Shown one piece after another: positions 14,121 through 25,032 of a stretch of 64,000 bases of DNA (position 1 is the first letter of the stretch; each line of letters begins with the position of its first letter). Source of the stretch: Felis catus. Lineage: Eukaryota. The notes under the pieces are model-generated. The model worked only from the letters and a program-made list of their open reading frames with translations, was not told the DNA's origin and ran no database searches. The translations under genes and the position numbers were made by a program. Where the stretch lies: positions 8,370,001-8,434,000 of the forward strand of contig NC_058368.1 of the NCBI RefSeq assembly GCF_018350175.1, given 5' to 3'.

Positions 14121-16679
14121 TTTCCTATTATGGGACATTTAAGGCCTTAACAAGCTTGTTTTTATTAATTAATAAGATAAATTGATTATTGATTAGTGTA
14201 TTTTGGAGAATGTTACACATGTATCCCTAGTCTCTAGCACAGACTCTATAACATAGTGCACAATTAATATGCATTTTGGGTGACTGCATAAATGCATATA
14301 TTCCTGGAGATAATAGCATTTTATTTGTTTTCCAAATACTTCTTTTGACCTTTGATGGTTAACTAAATGGAAAATTTGCTGCCAAAGTTGATGAAAGTCA
14401 TTTGAAAGATTCAAAGGGAGTGTTAAGTCAGTAAAATAAGACACCTGGCTCTCCCAAAGGGAGAAGCTGGGAAGTCATTGTCTCTAATATCAGCTTGTTT
14501 GGAAAGCTGAACAGGCATAAAGTACGGCAGAAGTTCACAAAAGCCCACTTGGTCCAGAGCCACAGAGGAATACGGCACAAGCAAACAGCTGTACCAAAAA
14601 GCCAGCTCAACACAGAGCCTCTAGTAGGAAAACAAGTGGGCATAATACAGAGTCCATAGAGGAAACAGAAACTCAGCTTAACGGTCGTGCTGCCGTCAGC
14701 CAGGGACGCAAACTGATAGAATGAGAGCAAGCTCAGAAAACCCTGCGCTGCCTCAGGGATGCTTCTGTGCCGGTTCCACCGGGATCGGTTCTTCCCAGTT
14801 TCTCTCTCACTCGTTTTCATGTATGAACCCTTTGCTCCAGCCAGATTTCCCTGCTTATTTTCTAACCATGCCTCCTGCTGCCTCGACCCGGTTTTGCTCC
14901 CCATGCTCTTCTCTCCGGAATGCCATTTTCATTCTCCTCTCTATCCTTGATTTGTTTCCAAGACCCAGTTCAAGTTCTGCACCCTCTGCGAAACCTTTTC
15001 TAAATGTTTCCGCATCAGAAAATTTTAAGTGAGGCCTGCATCCTTCCCATTCCACCAAATTCAGGAAACGACGTGCAGTCATGGTCTATGAGCAGGACTT
15101 AAAGAGGACAGCAGTCAGCACATTGCATGCGGAATGCGAATCCCAGAGCGAGGAGGTGGGTAGAGGTAAGGAGAGCACCAGGAGGACTCCATTCTATAGA
15201 AACCTCAGGCATTTACAGAAAATTAACTGGAGAGAAATTCATCTTCTTATGGTCATCGAAGCGGGCATTAAGAACAGGAGAGCATCCCCCTTCTGTCCAG
15301 CAGGGACCCATTGGATGAATGCCCACAGGCAGGGACGTTTGGCCAGAGTCTGTGCACAGCACCCTGCCTTCTGGCTTAAAATCTGCGTGAAGGTTTTGGC
15401 AGTCCCTACCTGGACAAAGAAGGGATGGGAAGTGCTTTTAACTTGTCTTCAAACTCCAGACAAAAACGTAAATGCTAACCTAACATTAGGCAGAGGTTCC
15501 CCCATGCACAGGACGCCATTCCGGTTTTTGGATACAGGTGGAAATTCCTTGGGGTCCAGGTACAACATGGGAGGAATGTGTGGCTCTTGCTGTGCCCTGG
15601 TCTTGGCTCTAAGCTCAGGGAGTGAGGCTATGTTCTGCTAATTGGCCAGAGCCAACCCCACGGGGCTAAGGACTCCTGTCAGGATCACCAGGGACCCTCT
15701 TCCCAGAAAGTGTATCTGGGAGTTTAGCAATATTGGATAGAATTCCCCAAAGCAGTGGGTTTGATCACCTCTGTTGAGAAGAGCAATATTAAAAACATAA
15801 ATTGCCCAGAGGGTATGCTTAACATTAAAATGTGAAGCAGTGGTAGGGAGAAGAGACTTGTAAAAATGAAGTTTAATTTTGCTACAGAGAACTTTCATTC
15901 TTTGTGCGGCATTTCTTAAAGGATGTCTGAACCACCCCTGAGGTCGGTCTTTAGCTAGTTGATTCATTTTACAGCAAAATCTCAGACAGATACATTAAAA
16001 TTAAACCTCCTGCTGGGTGTTAAAATTTCATTATCAAACCTGTCCTTATTACAAGTACTTGTTTTCTATTCATATGAGACCACTGGGTAGAGAAAACTTA
16101 CCTTGATTTTTGTAATCAGAATATTCAGTTGCCTGTTTAATGTGGTTTCATTTAGTTTTGGATGTAAATCTCCCCGTTTTGTGTGCAGCCGGGTGTATCA
16201 GTTGCCAAAGAGGAGAGGAATATCGCTGTTAAATGCAATGATCATTTATTTGCAAGTTAAAACATATTCTGAAAAGGATGAGAGCTTATTCTTGCCTGAA
16301 GCTTGTTTGTTCTGCGAGAGCTGCGAGGTGCCTCTGAGGGTTGTTTCTGTGCTGTGTTTTTTCCTGTGTCTTAGCAGTAAGGTCTGTTCCTATTCCAGCA
16401 AACTCCTTTACTCATGTTGGTTCTGGGAGTAGAGGAAAGTGAGGAAATGAATCTGGAGTGGACCTGTGAGAAATAAGAAACCTGCAACACTTGTGTGTAA
16501 TTTACATGCAGGGCTGGTGATTCTGAAAGATTCTGAATTGTATTTTTAAATACCGTCGTGCGAGCGCATGCATTTGGATACTGACATTGATAGAAGTCAT
16601 CTTAGATGACCCAAATGTACCTGAAGCCCTGGGGTTGGTTCTGGTCTACAAGTAAGGAAATGAGACTACTTGTTTCTTT

Positions 16680-16917
16680 CTTTTTTTTTTATTTAAAAAA
16701 AATTTTTTTTCAACGTTTTACTTATTTTTTTGGGGACAGAGAGAGACAGAGCATGAACGGGGGAGGGGCAGAGAGAGAGGGAGACACAGAATCGGAAACA
16801 GGCTCCAGGCTCTGAGCCATCAGCCCAGAGCCCGACGCAGGGCTCGAACTCACGGACCGCGAGATCGTGACCTGGCTGAAGTCGGACGCTTAACCGACTG
16901 CGCCACCCAGGCGCCCC
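16680..16917 (-). mobile_element. young felid Can-SINE (SINEC_Fc)
   Basis: near-consensus with CpGs retained (ggcgcagtcggttaagcgtccgacttcagccaggtcacgatctcgcgg on -); TSD agactacttgtttc both sides. Confidence 0.97.
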
Positions 16918-16962
16918 AAGACTACTTGTTTCAAAAACATTATCACCCTTCACCCACCCCCA

Positions 16963-16969
16963 ACACACA

Positions 16970-17009
<40 letters not shown>

Positions 17010-17017
17010 TGTGTGCA
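16963..17017. repeat. (AC)5-(GT)n compound microsatellite
   Basis: acacacacac-gtgtgtgt... Confidence 0.95.
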
Positions 17018-17559
17018 TTAAATAATTTGGAAAATATATTTTGAGTAACCATTATGCATCAGGTGCTCTGCGTCTGTCATGGTTGCAGAGATAAACGTGA
17101 TGTGTATAATACAGTGCTTGCCTTCCAGGTGCTTTGAGTCTACGAGGAGACACAGTGAGTAGCAGCTGTGGTACAGGTGAAAAGGGCTCTGAGCAGGGGC
17201 ATGACGTGCCTTTAGTTCTGGGGGCCCTTCTTAGAACTGTACATTCTAGAAAGAGAATCTGGTGGAGAAGTGAATGTTTATTTGCAAGAGGCTTGTGCAG
17301 GCGACGAGCCCATGGGAAGTGTGCGGGGCGAGGGAGCTCCTGAGAAGAGCCTGCGATCCATCGTTGGGCCTTGGGCCCTATTTCCCCAACGAGCCAGACT
17401 GCCGGTGACATCGTGCTCTGCCCCTCCAAGCGTCTTCTCCACACAGCAGCCAGGCGGGGCCTTTGGGAGCTCATTCAGACAGCATTGCTGCCCTGCTCAC
17501 AATTCTCCACCGGCTCCCATCACCCCAGTGCTTCGCCCCCTCGCTCCTCACGTGCCGAC

Positions 17560-17920
17560 CGCTGGCCTCCTTGCTGTTCCTCAGGCGTATCTGCCATCAT
17601 CCTGTCTCCGTTTGCCTGTGTCCCCTCTGCTTGCAGGACGCCCCCTGTGTGTGGTGTGCGGCTTGCTCCAGGGGGCCCTCGGAAGGGCGCTGTCTGCCCA
17701 CGCATCTGTAGCACCCCTGCACGCTCTGCCCTCTTTATTCTGACCTCTATCCTTCTGGACATCATCACTCCGTTACGTGGTCATTTGTTCGTCCGTCTCG
17801 ACTGCAGTGCAAACTCGGGGAGGAAGCCTTGTTCTCTGCTGTGTTCCGGCACCTAGAGTGGGGTCTGGCACATGGGAGACACTCAGTGAGTACCTGCTAG
17901 ATGAAAAAGTGAATGAAGGC
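17560..17920 (-). mobile_element. L2 3' fragment (approximate bounds)
   Basis: ggcctccttgctgttcctc ... cacctagagtggggtctggcacatgggagacactcagtgagtacctgctagatgaaaaagtgaatgaa. Confidence 0.6.
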
Positions 17921-18377
17921 AGTGGAGAAACATAGTTCGGGGATGGTAATTGGGAGCGTTGTCCTCGCTGGCTTGTGAAAGAGAAATCAAAATGGTCTTC
18001 TGTAAAATATATTAGTTCCTGAGCAACATACGTTCAGAGGATTTCTAAACTGTAGGAAAACATTTCCCTGCCAGGTATCTATGGACAGGCAGTGGCAGAT
18101 TATCGGAAATAGGTCTGATTTTGTGTTGTAATTAACACCTGTACTAAATGTTCTGTCGTTTCAAATATAGTACTTCATTTGGATTCAGTTGGAAGTTTGC
18201 ACAGTGGGAGAGAGAGGGAGGAGTTCAGTGTGTGTCTGTGTGCAGTGTAGTTTTAAAGGGTTAAAAAATTCCCATATAAATTATTTTCTTCTACTGATGT
18301 TGCATTTGAACATGCATTTGGTCATGAAGGCAGCAGCACGTTGACTGTGAAAACGATCTCTTGTCTTCTATGTTCCT

Positions 18378-18615
18378 GGGGCGCCTGGCTGGCTCAGCTG
18401 GTTCAGCATCTGACTCTTAATTTCGGCTCAGGTCATAATCTCATGGTTCTTGAGTCTGAGCCCTGCTTCCAGCCCCACGTTGAGCCCCGCCTTGGGCTCC
18501 ACGCTGGCAGCGTGGAGCCTGCTCGGGATTCTCTCTCCCTCTCTCTCTCTGCCCCTCCCCTACTCAGACATGTGCTCTCTCTCTTTCTCTAAACAAATAA
18601 ACGTTAAAAAAAAAA
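18378..18615 (+). mobile_element. Can-SINE flanked by a ~120-bp direct duplication
   Basis: ggggcgcctggctggctcagctgg head, CT body, A tail; flanks 18260-18378 and 18616-18736 are homologous. Confidence 0.93.
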
Positions 18616-19071
18616 GTTAAAAAATCCCATATATTTTCTTTTACTAATTATGCATTTGTTAAACTGTTTGAACATGCATTTGATCGTGAAGGCAGCAGCA
18701 CTTTGTGAAAACGATCTCTTGTTTTTTATGTTCCTGCAGGATATGTGGGGCCTCTTTTCTCATGGGCTGTGTCCAGAGTGGGTACCCTGGGGAGGCCCAT
18801 AAAATTCCTTTGAGGGTAGAGGATGGGACAGAAACAAAGCTTTTGTAATTTTGCTTAAAGGGTGGCCACACACAACTTCACTTGGTCTACTGTAGTGTTC
18901 TGGACTGAGATACTCAGGGGCAGCAGTGGGAGGTCACGTCTGGGCGTGGGGGAAGAGAGACCCCCCCACACCCTTGTCCCTTTTGCAGTCTGTGTGCAGC
19001 GTTAAGTAGATTTGCAGATTACATTATCTAGTTTTATTTATTTATTTTTTATTTAGTTTTACTTTTTTTTT

Positions 19072-19979
19072 AGTTGTTAAATTTTATTTAGCTTTATGGT
19101 TTTAAGAACTGCTTTAGGTTTACAGTAAAATTGAGAGACAGGTACAGATGTTTCCCAAATGTTCCCTTTCCTCACACACACATAGCGTCTCCTATTATCA
19201 GCATCCCCTACCAGAAGGGTACATTGTTACCAAGGATGAACCTACCCTGATACGTCATAATCGCCCAAAGCCCATTGTTAACCTTAAGGTTCACTCTTGG
19301 TGTAGATTCTGTGGGTTTGGACAAATGTGTAATGATGTATATCCATCAGTGTAATCTTAGAGTATTTTCACTGCCTGAAAAGTCCTCTGTGCTTTGCCTG
19401 TTTATCTCTCCTCCCACTTCTATGTGTGGCCACCACTGATCCTTTTACTGTACTGTACGCGGTATGTAGCCTTTTCAGATTGGCTTCTTTCACTCGGTGC
19501 ATATGAGGGCCTCCACCTCTTTTTCACGGCTTGGTAGTCCATTCGTTTCAAAGCTGAATAGTAATGTATTGTGTGGATGTCCCACAGTTTATCCATTCGC
19601 CTACTGAAGGACATCTTGGTTGCTTCCAGGTTTTGGCAGTTATGAATAAAGCTGCTATAAATATCTATGAGCAAGTTTTTGGGTGAATATAAGTTTTCAG
19701 TTCCTTTGGGTAAATACTAAGGACCATGACTGATGGATCATATGGTTAAAGTATGTTTAGTTGTATAAAAACCATTGAACTGTCTTCCAAAGTGGCTGTA
19801 TTATTTTGTATTCTTACCAGCAACGAATGAGAGAATTTCTATTTCCGTTGCTCCACATCCCTGATAGTATTTAGTATTGGCAGTGTTCTGGATTTGGGCC
19901 ATTCCAGTAGTGTTGAGTGGTATCTCATTGTTATTTTAATTTGCATTTCCCTGATTACATATTTTCATGAGAGCATCTT

Positions 19980-19980
<1 letters not shown>
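19072..19980 (-). mobile_element. ancient L1MC-type 3' end (probably carried here as L1 3' transduction cargo)
   Basis: L1MC-like 3'UTR: ttcactcttggtgtagattctgtgggtttggacaaatgtgtaatga, tgtagccttttcagattggcttctttcact. Confidence 0.8.

Positions 19981-19981
<1 letters not shown>

Positions 19982-20023
<42 letters not shown>
19982..20023. repeat. (TG)n microsatellite grading into (TA)n
   Basis: TG run followed by tatgtatatccatatatat. Confidence 0.97.
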
Positions 20024-20026
<3 letters not shown>

Positions 20027-20277
20027 ATATCCATATATATATTTTTTTCTGTCATTCTTTTTTTTAATATATGAAATTTATTGTCAAATTGGTTTCCATA
20101 CAACACCCAGTGCTCATCCCAAAAGATGCTGTCTTCAATACCCACCCCCCCCACCCCCATCAACCCTCAGTTTGTTCTCAGTTTTTAAGAGTCTCATGCT
20201 TTGGCTCTCTCCCACTCTAACCTCTTTTTTTTTTTTTTCCCTTCCCCTCCCCCATGGGTTTCTGTTAAGTTTCTAGG

Positions 20278-23200
20278 GATCCACATAGGAGTGAAAACAT
20301 GGTATCTGTCTTTCTCTGTATGGCTTATTTCACTTATCAACACACTCTCCAGTTCCATCCACGTTGCTACAAAGGGCCATATTTCATTCTTTCTCATTGC
20401 CACGTAGTACTCCATTGTGTATATAAACCACAATTTCTTTACCCATTCATCAGTTGGTGGACATTTAGGCTCTTTCTACAATTTGGCTATTGTTGAGAGT
20501 GCTGCTATAAACATTGGGGTACAAGTGCCCCTATGCATCAGTACTCCTGTATCCCTTGGGTAAATTCCTAGCAGTGCTACTGCTGGGTCATAGGGTAGGT
20601 CTATTTTTAATTTTTTGTGGAACCTCCACACTGTTTTCCAGAGCGGCTGCACCAGTTTGCATTCCCACCAACAGTGGGAATCCTCTCCGCATCCTCTCCA
20701 GTATCTGTAGTCTCCTGATTTGTTCATTTTGGCCACTGTGACTAGCATGAGGTGATATCTGAGTGTGGTTTTGATTTGTATTTCCCTGATGAGGACTGAC
20801 GTTGAGCATCTTTTCATGTGCCTGTTGGCCATCTGGATGTCTTCTTTAGATAAGTGTCTATTCATGTTTTCTGCCCATTTCTTCATTGGATTATTTGTTT
20901 TTCGGGTGTGGGGTTTGGTGAGCTCTTTATAGATTTTGGATACTAGCCCTTTGTCTGATATGTCATTTGCAAATATCTTTTCCCATTCTGTTGGTTGCCT
21001 TTTAGTTTTGTTGATTGTTTCCTTTGCTGTGCAGAAGCTTTTTATCTTCATGAGGTCCCAATAGTTCATTTTTGCTTTTAATTCCCTTGCCTTTGGGGAT
21101 GTGTCAAGTAAGAAATTGCTACGGCTAGGTCAGAGAGGTCTTTTCCTGCTTTCTCCTCTAGGGTTCTGATGGTTTCCTGTCTCACATTCAGGTCCTTTAT
21201 CCATTTTGAGTTTATTTTTGTGAATGGTGTGAGAAAGTGGTCTAGTTTCATTCTTCTGCATGTTGCTGTCCAGTTCTCCCAGCACCACTTGTTAAAGAGA
21301 CTGTCTTTTTTCCATTGGATATTATTTCCTGCTTTGTCAAAGATGAGTTGGCCATACTTTTGTGGGTCTAGTTCTGGGGTTTCTATTATGTTCCATTGGC
21401 CTATGTGTCTGTTTTTGTGCCAATACCATGCTGTCTTGATGATTACAGCTTCGTAGTAGAGGCTACAGTCTGGGATTGTGATGTCTCCTGCTTTGGTCTT
21501 CTTCTTCAAAATTACTTTGGCTATTTGGGGCCTTTTGTGGTTCCATATGAATTTTAGGATTGCTAGTTCTAGCTTTGAGAAGAATGCTGGTACAATTTTG
21601 ATTGGGATTGCATTGAATGTGTAGATAGCTTTGGGTAGTATTGACATTTTAACAATATTCTTCCAACCCAAGAGCATGGAATGTTTTTCCATTTCTTTGT
21701 GTCTTCTTCAGTTTCCTTCATAAGCTTCCTATAGTTTTCAGCATACAGATCTTGTACATCTTTGGTTAGATTTATTCCTAGGTATTTTATGCTCTTTGGT
21801 GCAATTGTGAATGGGATCAGTTTCTTTATTTGTCTTTCTGTTGCTTCATTGTTAGTGTATAAGAATGCAACTGATTTCTGTACATTGATTTTGTATCCTG
21901 CAACTTTGCTGAATTCCTGTATCAGTTCTAGCAGACTTTTGGTGGAGTCTATCGGATTTTCCATGTATAGTATCATGTCATCTGCAAAAAGTGAAAGCTT
22001 GACTTCATCTTTGCCAATTTTGGTGCCTTTGATTTCCTTTTGTTGTCTGATTGCTGATGCTAGAACTTCCAGCACTATGTTAAACAACAGCGGTGAGAGC
22101 GGACACCCCTATCATGTTCCTGATCTCAGGGGGAAAGCTCTCAGTTTTTCCCCATTGAGGATGATATTAGCTGTGGGCTTTTTATAAATGGCTTTTATGA
22201 TGTTTAAGTATGTTCCTTCTATCCCGACTTTCTCAAGGGTTTTTATTAAGAAAGGATGCTGAATTTTGTCAAATGCCTTTTCTGCATCAATTGACAGGAT
22301 CATATGGTTCTTATCTTTTCTTTTATTAATGTGATGTATCACGTTGATTGATTTGTGAATGTTGAACCAGCCCTGCATCCCAGGAATGAATCCCACTTGA
22401 TCATGGTGAATAATTCTTTTTATAAGCTGTTGAATTCGATTTGCTTGTATCTTATTGAGAATTTTTGCATCCATATTCATCAGGGATATTGGCCGGTAGT
22501 TCTCTTTTTTTACTGGGTCTCTGTCTGGTTTAGGAATCAAAGTAAAACTGGCTTGGCTTCATAGAATGAGTCTGGAAGTTTTCCTTCCCCTTCTATTTTT
22601 TGGAATAGCTTGAGAAGGATAGGTATTATCTCTGCTTTAAATGTCTGGTAGAATTCCCCAGGGAAGCCATCTGGTCCTGAACTCTTATTTGTTGGGAGAT
22701 TTTTTGATAACCGATTCAATTTTTTCACTGGTTATGGATCTGTTCAAGCTTTCTATTTCCTCCTGTTTGAGTTTTGGAGGAGTGTGGGTGTTTAGGAATT
22801 TGTCCATTTCTTCTAGGTTGTCCAGTTTGTTGGCATTTAATTTTTCATAGTATTCCCTGATAATTGCTTGTATTTCGGAGGGATTGGTTGTAATAATTCC
22901 ATTTTCATTCATGATTTTATCTATTTGGGTCATCTCCCTTTTCTTTTTGAGAAGCCTGGCTAGAGGTTTATCAATTTTGTTTATTTTTTCAAAAAACCAA
23001 CTCTTGGTTTCATTGATCTGCTCTATAGTTTTTTTAGATTCTATATTGTTTATTTCTGCTCCAATCTTTATTATTTCTCTTCTTCTGCTGGGTTTGGGGT
23101 GTCTTTGCTGCTCTGCTTGTATTTCCTTTAGGTGTGCTGTTAGATTTTGTATTTGGGATTTTTCTTGTTTCTTGAGATAGGCCTGGTTTGCAATGTATTT

Positions 23201-24089
23201 TCCTCTCAGGACTGCCTTCGCTGCATCCCAAAGCATTTGGATTGTTGCATTTTCATCTTCGTTTGTTTCCATATGTTTTTTAAATTTTTTCTCTAATTGC
23301 CTGGTTGACCCATTCATTCTTTAGTAGGGTGTTCTTTAACCTCTGTGGTTTTGGAGGTTTTCCAGACTTTTTCCTGTGGTTGATTTCAAGCTTCATAGCA
23401 TTGTGGTTGGAAAGTATGCATGGTATGATCTCAATTCCTGTATACTTATGAAGGGCTGTTTTGTGACCCAGTATGTCATCTGTCTTGGAGAATGTTCCAT
23501 GTGCACTCGAGAAGAAAGTATATTCTGTTGCTTTGGGATGCAGAGTTCTAAATATATCTGTCACGTCCATCTGATCCAATGTATCATTCAGGGTCCTTGT
23601 TTCTTTATTGACCGTGTGTCTAGATGATCTATCCATTGTTGTAAGTGGGGTATTAAAGTCCCCTGCAATTACCACATTCTTGTCAATAAGGTTGCTTATG
23701 TTTGTGAGTAATTGTTTTATGTATTTGGGGGCTCCCGTATTCGGCGCATAGATATTTATAATTGTTAGGTCTTCTTGATGGATAGACCCTGTAATTATTA
23801 TATAATTCCCTTCTTCATCTCTTGTTACAGCCTTTAATTTAAAGTCTAGTTTGTCTGATATAAGTATGGCTACTCCAGCTATCTTTTGACTTCCAGTAGC
23901 ATGATAAATAGTTCTCCATCCCCTCACTTTCAATCTGAAAGTGTCCTCAGGTCTAAAATGAGCCTCTTGTAGACAGCAAATAGATGGATCTTGTTTTTTT
24001 ATCCATTCTGATACCCTATGTCTTTTGGTTGGCGCATTTAGTCCATTTACATTCAGTGTTATTATAGAAAGATATGGGTTTAGAATCAT
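20278..24089 (-). pseudogene. L1 ORF2p remnant (APE endonuclease + reverse transcriptase), broken into about 8 ORF pieces
   Basis: MILNPYLSIITLNVNGLNAP (EN start), [33 protein letters not shown] (RT), [17 protein letters not shown] (Cys domain). Confidence 0.95.
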
Positions 24090-24139
24090 TGTGATGTCTG
24101 TAGGTTTCATGCTTGTAGCAATGTCTCTGGTACTTTGTC

Positions 24140-25032
24140 TCATAGGAACCCCTAAGGATCTCTTGTAGGGCTGGTTTAGTGGTGATGAATTCCTTCAGTT
24201 TTTGTTTGTTTGGGAAGACCTTTATCTCTCCTTCTATTCTAAATGACAGATTTGGTGGATAAAGGATTCTCGGCTGCATATTTTTTCTGTTCATCACATT
24301 GAAGATTTCCTGCCATTCCTTTCTGGCCTGCCAAGTTTCAGTAGAGATCCGTCACGAGTCTTATTGGTCTCCCTTTATATGTTAGAGCATGTTTATCGCT
24401 AGCTGCTTTCAGAATTTTCTCTTTATCCTTGTATTTTGCCAGTTTCACTATGATATGTTGTGCAGAAGATCGATTCAAGTTACGTCTGAAGGGAGTTCTC
24501 TGTGCCTCTTGGATTTCAATGCCTTTTTCCTTCCCCAGATCAGGGAAGTTCTCAGCTATTATTTCTTCAAGTACACCTTCAGCACCTTTCCCTCTCTCTT
24601 CCTCCTCTGGGATACCAATTATGCATATATTATTTCTCTTTAGTGCATCACTTAGGTCTCTAATCCTCCCCTCATACTCATGGATTTTTTTTTATCTCTC
24701 TTTTTCTCAGCTTCCTCATTTTCCATAATTTTATCTTCTAATTCACCTATTCTCTCCTCTGCCTCTTCAATCCGTGCTATGGCTGCCTCCATTTTATTTT
24801 GCACCTCATTTATAGCATTTTTTAGCTCCTCATGACCATTTCTTAGTCCCTTGATCTCTGTAGCAATAGATTCTCTGGTGTCCTCTATGCTTTTTTCAAG
24901 TCCAGCAATTAATTTTACAACTATTATTCTAAATTCTTGTTATGTTATATTGCTTAAATAGTTTTTGAGCAATTCGCTAGCTGTCGCTACTTCCTGGAGT
25001 TTCTTTTGAGGAGAATTCTTCTGTTTTGTCAT
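24140..25032 (-). pseudogene. L1 ORF1p remnant (frameshifted)
   Basis: ATG at 25032 (MTKQKNSPQKKLQ); C-terminal QPRILYPPNLSFRIEGEIKVFPNKQKLKEFITTKPALQEIL; no continuous ORF. Confidence 0.88.

Noticed and set aside
15081..15641. 186-aa ATG ORF
   Set aside because: No recognisable domain or splice context; consistent with chance.
20194..24297. Active reverse transcriptase/endonuclease gene
   Set aside because: L1 ORF2 is split by many frameshifts and stops; not retrotransposition-competent as assembled.
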